IMG/VR virus record: IMGVR_UViG_3300021472_000001
Location: 7,923 to 71,922 of that record
Direction: 5' to 3' (one strand)
Source: a virus
DNA: 64,000 nt
A model generated the notes under the pieces. That model was not told the DNA's origin. It was given only the letters and a program-made list of their open reading frames with translations, and ran no database searches. This document shows, one piece after another, positions 38,629-48,524 of this stretch (within the stretch, counting starts at the first letter, position 1; each line of letters starts with the position of its first letter). Both the position numbers and the translations under genes were made by a program.

Positions 38629-41600
38629 TGTTCACAACTTAGAAATATTGAAGGAGTTAGCAGAGTCTGAACTCAATTATCGTCATGCTAAGACTCTTCA
38701 TATCCCTAATAGGGGAATGTATTTACCCGTTCCTCACGCCAAATTGATATTCAATAAACACAAGACGGTTATTCTTAAGGATAGAAAATTTAACATCACT
38801 GGCATTCCTTTCCTATATTGTGATTCAACCTATGCGTATGGTGTATTAGAGCTTGGTAAGCCAAAAGAGATTAAAAACGAAGGACAGTTCAAAGCAACAC
38901 AAAAATATCATAGAGTGACTGAAGCGGAATTTAAGAAGTGGCACTGGGATTTCCCACTCTACGCGTATCCTGTAAAGGAGGTGCGTAACTTTAAAGAGCC
39001 TATAAGAATTAACCTCCCCACGGGTGTGCAGAATTTCTTTAGGAATCCAATAGGGTATTTAGAGACTGGTGAATATCCATTTACAGCAAAGCACAGTCTC
39101 AACTTGCCGTATCCCATAGAAGTGGCTTGTTCAAATTGTGGAAATTGGATTTACGTTCCTCACACACCTTTGCCTTCTCAGTGTCCTCATTGTGGTGCTA
39201 CTCTTGTAGAAACAGAAGAAACAAAATCCCGTATGATTCCTCTTCCTAAAGAAGAATACGAACGAATATATAAAGACTATCCCAATAGACCTCTTCCGAA
39301 GAAATACTATAAAGACCAAAGAGGAGGAGTTGCTTGGTGCTTGTCCTCTCCAAAGACCAAAATACTGACTAAAGAAGGCTGGAAACCTTGGTACGCAGTT
39401 CAAGTTGGTGATGAAGTCATCACGCATCGTGGAAGATACAAAAAGGTAACACGAAAAGATGTATTCGAGAATGTGCTTAAGTGGGTAAAAGTTGAGTTCC
39501 AATTTGATGGCGTCGAGAAACTCAAATATAGCACGAGAGTTACTGAAAATCATCCCTTCCTAACGAAAGAGGGTTGGAAGGAAGCTAAAGACCTTAAAGT
39601 TGGTGATAAAGTCCTCTCGAAGACTCCAAAACGATGCCTCAATTGTGGAGCACCTATTCCTCATTCTTGGATGGAGAAAGTGGATTTCCTCTTTTGTAGC
39701 GATAAGTGTTTCCGAGAATATGAATGGACGGAAGAAAGCTTAGACACCTCTTATATTGATAAGAAAGTATATGATAATCCATTCGTTGATATCTATGTAA
39801 CGGTTACTAAAGTAGAGCCGATTGTATTCCCAAAGGATAAATTTTATTTGTCCACGCGTGCTTACTCAATAGAAGTTGAAGATGATCATTCCTACATGAT
39901 ACCTTTAGCGTTCTCTCACAATTCTCAATGGCACATAAGAGGCATTAAGCCAGAAGACAAGGAGGCTTATGACAAGGGAAAGATATCCTTTGAAGAAATG
40001 ATTCTTCATCACAGCCTTCATCAAGATTTGAGATGGACGTTGAATGGAGTTTCTGTCCTTCCTCAATGCACTATTACAGAAAGCGATATGGAATCGTATG
40101 TAAGAGGTATGCTTGGACAACTTAATCCAGAGCAAAAGGGTCCCGCTAATGTTCAAAAAGTCAAGGTTATTCCTAAAGTTGAGATTGCTAAGCCTACAAT
40201 GCCGAAGTCAAAAATGAAGGAGTTCCTTATAGACGAAAAGGGAGCTAAGCTTATTAATAAGATAATAATTCACGAGACCTCTTACTGGATTTCCCCTGGG
40301 GAAGTGGGATGCGTTTCAGCAAATACTCTCGTCTTAACAGATCACGGATACGAATACATAAAACATCTTCAGCCGGGAGATTTGGTTTATACTCACAAAG
40401 GACGATTTAAGCGAGTGCTTCGTGTTATTAGGAAAGAAAAACAGAACTGGTGTTATAAACTCTCGCCTTATAAAGGTTTCCCAGTAAACTTTACGAATCA
40501 CAAAATATTCATCAACGAAAACGAACTTAAGGATATTGCTTCATTTACTCGAGATGATAGATTATACCTCGCAAAGCCAGAAATTGAAGAAATTGCGCCT
40601 AATGATTTGGAGCTGGAGATCCCTCCTGGATATGAAAAGAGGGTTAAATGGGATGAAGATTTAGCAAAATGGATAGGCTATTTTGTAGGAGATGGTTCAA
40701 TTGAGAATGTTGATAAAGGAGCTATAAGCTTCTCTTGTGCATCGAGAAGCGAAGCAGAGAAATATGCAAAATTGTCAAGAAAACTATTTGGAGCTGATGT
40801 TCATATTTATCCAAGACGAAATCATCACAAACCAAAAACAGATAGTTATATCTCCTACTGGGATGTTGAGTTCAAAGATAGAGGATTGGCGAGATGGCTA
40901 AGTGCAAATTGTTATTATCATCCAGAGTGGAAGAAAGAGCGACACAAATTTAAGATATTTCCCCGTGAAGCTATATATCATCCGTTGCGATTGCTTAGAA
41001 AATATATTGATGGTTTTAAAGAAGCTGATGGCTGGGATACAGAACATTCAGCTTACATAGGGAACTCTTCTCGATACGCTATCGGTCAAGCATTCTTTAT
41101 GTTGCTACGATTAGGTAAAGAACCAAACATTCGCATTAGCAGTCGTCCAAAAACTACTCAATACTATACTCTTTCATGGATTGAAAACAGACAAACGCAC
41201 AAGAAAGGAACTCCTTCAGAACATGGTTATTCTCTACCTATTAGAGCATTTGAAAGGAAAAACAATGCAACTATTACTCAGTATGATCTTACAGTAGAGG
41301 ATGACCATTCATACACAGTATCCAACTTTCATATTTCAAATTCTCTTCCCTACACTTGGGCTTATATGGGAACTATATGGACGGGAAGAGTAGAGACTGC
41401 GACGGAGAGAGGAGATTATCATGAGCTCTTCTTTTATCCTGATAAAGACTTACCAGAGCCCAATAAGAAGTTCTTTGACGGACGATTCATATTAAGAGCC
41501 TTCAAAGGTGAAGCAGCACGAGGAGGCAAGACATGGTGGATGTGGAAGTCCACAAAGAATCCGTATCCACAAAATCCCTGGTGCTATTGTGATCAAGGTG

Positions 41601-41686
41601 AACATGAGATTCTTCCTCTTGATAAAATAAAGCATTGGGGTCATGAAGATTATCCTGAATGGAAAACAAGAAAAGATGAATGCTAA
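38615..41686 (+). CDS. ASCH/PUA-like + Zn ribbon + LigD-type phosphoesterase-like domain, interrupted by two inteins (about 484 aa after splicing)
   Basis: PHAKLIF..KT...AYG ASCH pattern; CSNC/CPHC; extein motifs QWH...HQDLR, PGEVG-S...IWTG, DGRFILR. Confidence 0.72.
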   Translation: MGPINVHNLEILKELAESELNYRHAKTLHIPNRGMYLPVPHAKLIFNKHKTVILKDRKFNITGIPFLYCDSTYAYGVLELGKPKEIKNEGQFKATQKYHRVTEAEFKKWHWDFPLYAYPVKEVRNFKEPIRINLPTGVQNFFRNPIGYLETGEYPFTAKHSLNLPYPIEVACSNCGNWIYVPHTPLPSQCPHCGATLVETEETKSRMIPLPKEEYERIYKDYPNRPLPKKYYKDQRGGVAWCLSSPKTKILTKEGWKPWYAVQVGDEVITHRGRYKKVTRKDVFENVLKWVKVEFQFDGVEKLKYSTRVTENHPFLTKEGWKEAKDLKVGDKVLSKTPKRCLNCGAPIPHSWMEKVDFLFCSDKCFREYEWTEESLDTSYIDKKVYDNPFVDIYVTVTKVEPIVFPKDKFYLSTRAYSIEVEDDHSYMIPLAFSHNSQWHIRGIKPEDKEAYDKGKISFEEMILHHSLHQDLRWTLNGVSVLPQCTITESDMESYVRGMLGQLNPEQKGPANVQKVKVIPKVEIAKPTMPKSKMKEFLIDEKGAKLINKIIIHETSYWISPGEVGCVSANTLVLTDHGYEYIKHLQPGDLVYTHKGRFKRVLRVIRKEKQNWCYKLSPYKGFPVNFTNHKIFINENELKDIASFTRDDRLYLAKPEIEEIAPNDLELEIPPGYEKRVKWDEDLAKWIGYFVGDGSIENVDKGAISFSCASRSEAEKYAKLSRKLFGADVHIYPRRNHHKPKTDSYISYWDVEFKDRGLARWLSANCYYHPEWKKERHKFKIFPREAIYHPLRLLRKYIDGFKEADGWDTEHSAYIGNSSRYAIGQAFFMLLRLGKEPNIRISSRPKTTQYYTLSWIENRQTHKKGTPSEHGYSLPIRAFERKNNATITQYDLTVEDDHSYTVSNFHISNSLPYTWAYMGTIWTGRVETATERGDYHELFFYPDKDLPEPNKKFFDGRFILRAFKGEAARGGKTWWMWKSTKNPYPQNPWCYCDQGEHEILPLDKIKHWGHEDYPEWKTRKDEC
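39338..39922 (+). mobile_element. Mini-intein (195 aa) with an internal Zn finger
   Basis: CLSSPKTKILT ... VTENHPF ... YSIEVEDDHSY...SHN|S. Confidence 0.9.
40310..41341 (+). mobile_element. Intein (344 aa) with LAGLIDADG homing endonuclease
   Basis: CVSANTLVLT ... IGYFVGDG ... IDGFKEADG ... YDLTVEDDHSY...ISN|S. Confidence 0.92.
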
Positions 41687-41712
41687 TACTCATGAATATT
41701 TAAAATTAAAAG

Positions 41713-42105
41713 GTGATGGAGAAAGATATGGCAGATTATCATGTACTGACTGTATCACCTGATAAGAAGACTGTAACAGTCGTATTCCGCATCCCTGTAC
41801 CCGATGAGATTAACCAAGCTGGTAAGAACTATCGCACCGCATTAGTTGAAAAACTCACACACGAATCACCCTCAGGCACAATCAAAAGTAAATCGTCTTT
41901 CTCCACTTCAGAAGAGCTCACTCAGGTGCAGAACGGTGAGGTTTATGAACTGCTAACTTCCGTGCGATTCAGTTCGCTTTCGCTCACCAATGCACAGAGG
42001 CGTGATGAACTGGATGCAAAATTCAATGAACTTAAAACTAAAGCTCTCGCCCAACTGAAGACCGAACTGGAATGGTGGGGCTATAAGCGAGATGTCACGA
42101 CATGA
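41713..42105 (+). CDS. Hypothetical virion-associated protein
   Basis: First gene of the LamG cassette. Confidence 0.65.
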   Translation: MMEKDMADYHVLTVSPDKKTVTVVFRIPVPDEINQAGKNYRTALVEKLTHESPSGTIKSKSSFSTSEELTQVQNGEVYELLTSVRFSSLSLTNAQRRDELDAKFNELKTKALAQLKTELEWWGYKRDVTT

Positions 42106-42120
42106 AGGAGGTGATGGAAT

Positions 42121-42567
42121 ATGTCAGAATTGAGATGGACTGCGTATGGATCGCTTGTAACCTATCTGAGCTCGGAACTTGATGGCTTAGCAAATGACAG
42201 TAATAAACTCGGCTCAGCAATTGACTTTACAGCTGCTGGTGCAGACCGCAAACTGTATATGGATGTCGAGATATATCTTAACACGGTTGACCTCAGTGCG
42301 CAGACCAACCCAGCAATTCACATCTGGTTGCTTGCGAGGACAGATGGCACGAACTTTGAGGATGGTTCTGATACAGTTACGCCTGCAAGAGCACCCGACA
42401 AAATCGTGCCACTACGTGAAGTGAATGATGCACAGCGTGTGTTCGCAAGGTTTTTGCTCACAACACCTGACCAAGGTAAACTGCTTATCAAGAACAAAAC
42501 AGGTGTAGCTCTCGCATCCAGCGGAAACACTGTGAAATATAGACTATACTCTCAGGAAATAGTATGA
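42121..42567 (+). CDS. Beta-rich putative virion protein
   Basis: GGAGGTGA SD; beta-strand-rich composition. Confidence 0.7.
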   Translation: MSELRWTAYGSLVTYLSSELDGLANDSNKLGSAIDFTAAGADRKLYMDVEIYLNTVDLSAQTNPAIHIWLLARTDGTNFEDGSDTVTPARAPDKIVPLREVNDAQRVFARFLLTTPDQGKLLIKNKTGVALASSGNTVKYRLYSQEIV

Positions 42568-44168
42568 TTCATTCTCACTATCGTGCAGGATTGTGGCATC
42601 CGTATGAGAAGCCGATGTATGGTGTGCTTCTCAATCCATATCATCCACTCGCCCAAGGGCTTGTCGGCTGCTGGCTGTTCAATGAAGGTGGTGGCAATAC
42701 CACCTTCGATTTGAGCGGTTATGGTAATCATGGCACGCTTGGAGCCGGCACAGCGGCTTACTGTCCCACTTGGACAACAGGAAAATTCGGTTCTGCTTTG
42801 GACTTTGATGGAAGCGATGATTATGTGGATTGTGGAGATGATGCAAGCATATCCAATATCACCGAATCAGTCACTGTCGCAGCATGGATACGAAAAGATA
42901 CCAGTGGAACGGTAAAATATTTCGTTCATAAAGGAGGGCAATCAGGTACATACTTAGACTATGGAATCGCCATTTCAAGTGATGAATATCCATTTTTTGG
43001 CGCTGCTGCAACGACAGGTTCTATCATTACAGCTCGCTATGACTCTTCTTTCATATTTCCTTTGAATGAATGGACTCATTTTGTAGGCACTTTTGATGGC
43101 TCTACTTACAGATTGTTTATCAACGGTTCGGAATTATCATTAACATCTGGAGCAATAGGTAATTCTACAAGCTCAAATTTATATATTGGGTGGAGGTATG
43201 ATACCGCACAGTATCATGAAGGTGCTATTGCTCAAGTTCTCATTTACTCCAGAGCTTTAAGTGCTGAGGAAATCTGGCAATTATACACTGATCCATTTTG
43301 CATGTTCTATCACCCGCTGGAAGTGGAACTGTTGCCTTCTACTGTTCCCGGTGTTGTGAGTTGTCTCGATAATTTGGGAGGGGTAGCGTCTTCCCTCTCT
43401 TCGCTTTCTTTAACATGTCAAAGTAGTGATAGCATTGGGAGTATTGATAGTGAATTATCTCGCCTCTCACTCTATCCAGCTTTGGTTGATGAGCTTCATT
43501 CTAAAGACGCATCAATTTCCAATATTACGTTTGGAAGAACTATTCTTGATATCCTCTCATGCCAGGACACTTCCTCTCTATTAAAGGGTATCATAGCCTC
43601 TGCGACTGCCTTGTTGAGCACGCAAGATTTAAACGAGGTTCGCTTAACTCTCTCATCTTCAAGTATAGATATTGTTAAAGGGAAGGACAATTCCACTGTT
43701 AATGTAACTTTTCATCTGAGTGGAGACGATATTCTTGGAGGTTCAGACTTCACTTCCATAAATTTGCAAGCCATTCTCAATGCATTAGACTCACTCAAGA
43801 TTAGTGATAGTAGCCTATCCGCTGTCGTTGCAGAGGTTTTAGCATCTGCTTCTGATATTCTCGCTACTTCTGATTATAATGAAGTTCGTTTGGAATTCCT
43901 GCACTCGGTAATAGACATTGTTAAATCAGAGGACAGTTCCTCTCCCACTATTTCGTTTCAATTGAATAGCGCTGATGTACTTCAAGGCTTTGATATTCTT
44001 ACGGCTAACCTCCAAGCTTTTCTCAGTGCTATCTCAAAATTCAAAAGTAGTGATGAACCTCCTCCCTGTGTGACCATACTCGGGATACCAATTAAGATAT
44101 TTAAAGCTCAAGGAAAAGTCTTGGTGTTCAAAGCGAGTAAGAAAGAATTAACGTTTGTAGCAAAATAA
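42564..44168 (+). CDS. LamG/concanavalin-like domain protein with an S/D/L-rich repetitive stalk
   Basis: GLVGCWLFNEG.G...DLSGYGNHGTL, ALDFDG.DDYV, WTHFVGTFDG, IYSRALSAEEI. Confidence 0.88.
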   Translation: MIHSHYRAGLWHPYEKPMYGVLLNPYHPLAQGLVGCWLFNEGGGNTTFDLSGYGNHGTLGAGTAAYCPTWTTGKFGSALDFDGSDDYVDCGDDASISNITESVTVAAWIRKDTSGTVKYFVHKGGQSGTYLDYGIAISSDEYPFFGAAATTGSIITARYDSSFIFPLNEWTHFVGTFDGSTYRLFINGSELSLTSGAIGNSTSSNLYIGWRYDTAQYHEGAIAQVLIYSRALSAEEIWQLYTDPFCMFYHPLEVELLPSTVPGVVSCLDNLGGVASSLSSLSLTCQSSDSIGSIDSELSRLSLYPALVDELHSKDASISNITFGRTILDILSCQDTSSLLKGIIASATALLSTQDLNEVRLTLSSSSIDIVKGKDNSTVNVTFHLSGDDILGGSDFTSINLQAILNALDSLKISDSSLSAVVAEVLASASDILATSDYNEVRLEFLHSVIDIVKSEDSSSPTISFQLNSADVLQGFDILTANLQAFLSAISKFKSSDEPPPCVTILGIPIKIFKAQGKVLVFKASKKELTFVAK

Positions 44169-44195
44169 CTCTAAATTAAACTAAGGTGTAGGAAT

Positions 44196-44705
44196 ATGAG
44201 TGGGAGGATAGGAATAGGTGGTGTGTTTGAAGTTGAATGTTATGATGCGAAGGGAAAGCTTAAGTGGAGAGATGACGCACACAACATGTGGGTTCAAGAA
44301 GGCAGGGATTACATACTGAATGTGATATTTAAGAACGGGACCCGAGATGACCCATTGTATGTAGGACTCTTTGAACAGGATACTCCAGCGGATGATTGGA
44401 CAGCTGCAAATAATGGAACAACGTGGCACGAGAACACGAGTTATTCAGAGTCCTATCGTCAAGAATTCGTAGATGGTGCCATAAACGGTAGCACAACTCG
44501 ACAGCTCGATAACGATGCGAGTAAAGCTACATTTAGTATAACTGCGAGTGCAACGTTAAAGGGTGCATTCCTCTCGAACGAGAGTTCAAAAGGAGCAACA
44601 ACGGGTACATTGCTGTGTGCGGCAGCATTCCAGGAAGGAGATAGAAACGTAGCTAATGGTGATACTGTAAATGTTAAATATACAGTTGGTTGTCAGAATG
44701 CTTAA
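44196..44705 (+). CDS. Putative virion structural (fibre-anchoring) protein
   Basis: G.FEVECYD..G...W....N...EG and GD-T-V-N-V-x-Y pattern typical of phage fibre-associated proteins. Confidence 0.65.
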   Translation: MSGRIGIGGVFEVECYDAKGKLKWRDDAHNMWVQEGRDYILNVIFKNGTRDDPLYVGLFEQDTPADDWTAANNGTTWHENTSYSESYRQEFVDGAINGSTTRQLDNDASKATFSITASATLKGAFLSNESSKGATTGTLLCAAAFQEGDRNVANGDTVNVKYTVGCQNA

Positions 44706-45025
44706 ACGAAATGGTGTTAGTTCCCGATAGATGTTATAAACAACCGAATGAGAGGGAGTATCTTCAGATAGATTTCTCTTCTCGATTGGGGTCAGGCGAG
44801 ACTGTCTCAGCGATTAAGAAGTGCAAGTGTTATGACTCAGACGGTAACGATGTAACAAGTGAAATAATTGAAGACCCTACTCATGATGGAACCTCTCTAA
44901 AGTTTTGGTTCAAAGATGGGACATCGGGAAATCGTTATAACTTAACTGTAAGAGTGGAGACAAGCACAGGCGCTATCTTGGAGGAAGATTTAACCTTGAT
45001 AGTGGAGGAGATAGCACATGATTGA
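44690..45025 (+). CDS. Putative virion protein (Ig-like)
   Basis: KQP.E...IDF...L..GET...GT.G..Y.LT..V.TS.G. Confidence 0.65.
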   Translation: MSECLNEMVLVPDRCYKQPNEREYLQIDFSSRLGSGETVSAIKKCKCYDSDGNDVTSEIIEDPTHDGTSLKFWFKDGTSGNRYNLTVRVETSTGAILEEDLTLIVEEIAHD

Positions 45026-45236
45026 CGTCAGAGAATTCCTATCCACTTATACAGAGGTGCATTCTTTTATAATGGGAATTTATGCGGGTCTCACAGAGTG
45101 GCGAGGCATAGATTCCCAAATATTGAGCAATCCAGATGTTCAGGCAGAGCTTCACTACTGCTATGGAGGCTACATATTAGGTACTCTACTTAGATGGGGA
45201 ATAATTCTTATGATGGGCTATAAATTCTTTGGATAA
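45018..45236 (+). CDS. Small membrane-associated protein
   Basis: Hydrophobic C-terminal segment. Confidence 0.55.
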   Translation: MIDVREFLSTYTEVHSFIMGIYAGLTEWRGIDSQILSNPDVQAELHYCYGGYILGTLLRWGIILMMGYKFFG

Positions 45237-45263
45237 TTCTTCTAATAAGCTAAGGAGAGCAAC

Positions 45264-46046
45264 ATGCATTTTTCAATAATAGTTGCAACAAACAGAGGAC
45301 CCGAAGTTCTTCAATATTTATTTCTCAATACTCATAAAGAAAGTGAGCTTATCATTGTAGATTCACATTATAACGAAGAGACAAAGCGATGGTTAAGTGA
45401 GCAACGAGGCTATTCTTCAATAGTTTATGCGCCATGCAAACGCTCACCATATAATTGGCAAAGAGACTTTTCACAGTCTCTCAATACAGCATTATGCCTT
45501 GCTGAGCATGAATACATTATCCGTGCAGATGATTACATAGAATTCAAGGAGGACTTCTTTGACGTTGCAGAGCGAGATGTTAAGACCTTCCCTAAGAAGA
45601 CTCTTATAATAGGACAAAAAGCACAGGAGTATAATGGCGAAGAGAAGTTCATCGACTATATGTCTCAACGTGGAATAGGAGGTCGGTATAGATATGTCAA
45701 TGTTGAGAATCCAGCTTTCACTTTCTCCTTTGGAGTTGCTCCACTCCAGTTGTTCCTTGATCTCAACGGTTACGACGAGCGATACGACATGGGGTATGGA
45801 TTTGAGGACAGAGACTTTCTACACAGAGCATTAAAAGCTGGATACGTCGCCATACTTGATAAGCTTCTCATGGGATATGGACATGCTCATAAGCCTCATA
45901 AATCCATCATTTCACTGCCACAGATAATTTACGATATAACATTCACGGAAATAGAGTGTGGAAAAGTATGGGCATATAATCCATATAAACTTATAGACAA
46001 AAGAGCGGAAATGCTGGAGGAAAGGGACAAATGGATAGTCAAATAA
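45264..46046 (+). CDS. GT2 family glycosyltransferase
   Basis: FSIIVAT, IIVD, ADD, NGYDERY..GYGFED.DF. Confidence 0.88.
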   Translation: MHFSIIVATNRGPEVLQYLFLNTHKESELIIVDSHYNEETKRWLSEQRGYSSIVYAPCKRSPYNWQRDFSQSLNTALCLAEHEYIIRADDYIEFKEDFFDVAERDVKTFPKKTLIIGQKAQEYNGEEKFIDYMSQRGIGGRYRYVNVENPAFTFSFGVAPLQLFLDLNGYDERYDMGYGFEDRDFLHRALKAGYVAILDKLLMGYGHAHKPHKSIISLPQIIYDITFTEIECGKVWAYNPYKLIDKRAEMLEERDKWIVK

Positions 46047-46969
46047 AGATGATTCAAATACAAACTACAAGCAGATGTTCGGGACGGTGCATTATGTGCC
46101 CATATAGACATAGCTGGCTAAAAGATGCTCATGGTTATATGAGCGATGATGATTTCATCCACGTCTTAGAGGAGATCAAGTCCTATCTCGGTGATTATCG
46201 AGAGAAGCTTCCTCTCTATCTCATGAATGACCCTCTCACCGATAAGAAGCTAATCGAACGCATTCATTTAGTTTATCGATACTTCCCCGGTTGCAAGCTT
46301 GAACTCTCTACTAATGGATTGCTTCTTACTGACAAAATCTCCAAAGCGATGATTGATGCTGTTATTCAACACACGAGCGAGGATACTTTTGAACTTTGGA
46401 TTTCTCTGCATGGCGTAAATAAGCAAACTTGGGAATTTCTTAATGGTCTTTACGGGAAATACGAAAGGACGATTACTAATATTATTAACTTCTTGAGGAT
46501 AAATAACGGGCGTCTTAAAGTATTCATAAATTCCGTTGGTGGTGCTTCACGAGATGGCTCAATGTTCTTCTATTCCAAAGAAAGATGGGAACGATTTGTG
46601 CGAGGTCTTCTTAGCATCAATAAAGTCCCAATGCAGAATGTCTATCTACGCTATTTCACATTTCACAACCGAGCTGGAAACGTCAGATTAGGGCACTGGG
46701 ATGGCAGGGAGTTTTATCGAGAAATAGGTCCTGAGTATCCCTTTAGTTGCTGGAGATTTACGAGTGCGATTCATATTCTTTACGAGCTTTCCATCCCGCT
46801 CTGTTGCATGGATTACAATAAGGAAGTAGTTCTTGGAAACCTCAAAGAACAGTCATTAAAGGAAATATGGGAAGGTGAAACTCGTAAGAAGATAGTAGAG
46901 ATGGCAGGTGGTAAGAGACCGTCTCCCAAAGACTTTATATGCAAAAGGTGCATATCTCCGGGCGGGTGA
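46031..46969 (+). CDS. Radical SAM protein with SPASM/Twitch domain
   Basis: CSGRCIMC; C-terminal C...LCC.D...LGNL...IW...CKRC. Confidence 0.92.
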   Translation: MDSQIKMIQIQTTSRCSGRCIMCPYRHSWLKDAHGYMSDDDFIHVLEEIKSYLGDYREKLPLYLMNDPLTDKKLIERIHLVYRYFPGCKLELSTNGLLLTDKISKAMIDAVIQHTSEDTFELWISLHGVNKQTWEFLNGLYGKYERTITNIINFLRINNGRLKVFINSVGGASRDGSMFFYSKERWERFVRGLLSINKVPMQNVYLRYFTFHNRAGNVRLGHWDGREFYREIGPEYPFSCWRFTSAIHILYELSIPLCCMDYNKEVVLGNLKEQSLKEIWEGETRKKIVEMAGGKRPSPKDFICKRCISPGG

Positions 46970-47874
46970 GCATCATGGAGAACATAACCGCAATAGTTAA
47001 AGGCTTCATGCGTCCTGAAAAATTCGAGAATTGTTTGAGATGCATAATAGCTGCCGGCGTAAAGAAAATCATAGCTTCGTTTGATGGACCCGAAGAATAT
47101 CTTGAAGCACACAAAAACATAGTAGGCAGACTTCAACGGGATGTTAGCATTCGTTTCTTAGAGCTTCCTTTTAATATAGGACTTTCAGCTGCTCGCAATA
47201 GAATGATTGAAAAAGTAAACACTGATTATATTCTTATGGTTGATGACGATAATTATGTCCCTCCATTCACTCTTGCAATGATGAAAGCGTTTCACTACAT
47301 TCCTAACGAGATTGGCGGGATAGCAATGGGATGGTTACCCATAAACTCACCATTCCCTCAGATGGATGCGTTTGACATTGAAATAATAAACGGTTATTTC
47401 TTTCGACGTCTTTCTAATAAGAAATACGTCTTAGCCATAGACGGGATGACATACATGTATCCTTTTGATTTCGTGCCCAACCAAATAATATTTAAGAAGG
47501 CTCTCTTTAATGATGTTCAGTATGATGAGCACTATGTCATAAACAGAGAACATGAGGACTTCTTTCTTACCTGCAAACTAAAAACTAATTGGAGATTTGC
47601 TGTGTGCACTTCAATTTATTCCATACATGACCCCGGGAAAGACTCTGAATATTCAAAGTTCAGATTCGGTAAGGAGCACGATGAAGCCATCGAATACTTC
47701 CTAAAGAAATGGAATTTGAAAGGCATAGCGCCACAGAGATACGGTCCCGATTATATCTCACTGCTATACGATGGTCCTTGGCAGTTTGGAGGAATGCAAG
47801 AGAAGAACACTTATTTAGAATGGAAATTAAAGCATAAGATGTTAGGAGAGCAAGACGTATGGCACAACGTTTAA
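46939..47874 (+). CDS. GT2 family glycosyltransferase
   Basis: GLSAARN, MVDDD, EHEDFF. Confidence 0.88.
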   Translation: MQKVHISGRVSIMENITAIVKGFMRPEKFENCLRCIIAAGVKKIIASFDGPEEYLEAHKNIVGRLQRDVSIRFLELPFNIGLSAARNRMIEKVNTDYILMVDDDNYVPPFTLAMMKAFHYIPNEIGGIAMGWLPINSPFPQMDAFDIEIINGYFFRRLSNKKYVLAIDGMTYMYPFDFVPNQIIFKKALFNDVQYDEHYVINREHEDFFLTCKLKTNWRFAVCTSIYSIHDPGKDSEYSKFRFGKEHDEAIEYFLKKWNLKGIAPQRYGPDYISLLYDGPWQFGGMQEKNTYLEWKLKHKMLGEQDVWHNV

Positions 47875-48524
47875 AGTTAGAGAAGGGCAACTTCTATATC
47901 ATCTTAGATGCATGTCGTTATGACGTATTTGCTTCAGTCATTTACGATTATCTTGATGGCGAGTTAGAAGAGCGAGACAGTAGAGCTTGTAACACTTCTC
48001 AGTTTTATCAGAATTCTAACATTAGGGAGTTTAGAGTTGCATCCTTTAATCCAACTGGAAAGTTCCTTCATCATCCTAATTTCGTAATGCTTCCTTCACT
48101 ATACTGCGAAGATAACCTTGATGATCTTATTGCACAGAAATTCACGTGTGAAGTCCTCCACCTCATACCACCGCACATGCCTCCTCAAGACTCAAAATAT
48201 TGGAAGCTCTGGTTTGATACTGTGCAAGAGTATGCAGAGCAGAGAAACAAAGAAAAACCTGTTGTTTTAGGTCGTTGCAATGTGGAAGCTTACTTCTATT
48301 CACAATTGGGCAGAAAGAAATCACTTAAGATTTACGAAGAGAACCTTCGTTTTGCATTAAGAGCAATTGCTGAGCGATTAGACAAACTCCCACGTCCTCT
48401 GATATTAATAGCGGATCATGGTGAGCTCTTTGGGGAATACGGATGTTGGGGACACACCGATGAATGTCCTGATGGTTCATCAATTCTAAGAAAAGTTCCG
48501 TATTTTAAAGTAAATGTTAGATAA
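47859..48524 (+). CDS. Alkaline phosphatase/sulfatase superfamily protein
   Basis: ILDACRYD, H..PPH.P, ADHGE, GH. Confidence 0.82.
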   Translation: MAQRLKLEKGNFYIILDACRYDVFASVIYDYLDGELEERDSRACNTSQFYQNSNIREFRVASFNPTGKFLHHPNFVMLPSLYCEDNLDDLIAQKFTCEVLHLIPPHMPPQDSKYWKLWFDTVQEYAEQRNKEKPVVLGRCNVEAYFYSQLGRKKSLKIYEENLRFALRAIAERLDKLPRPLILIADHGELFGEYGCWGHTDECPDGSSILRKVPYFKVNVR

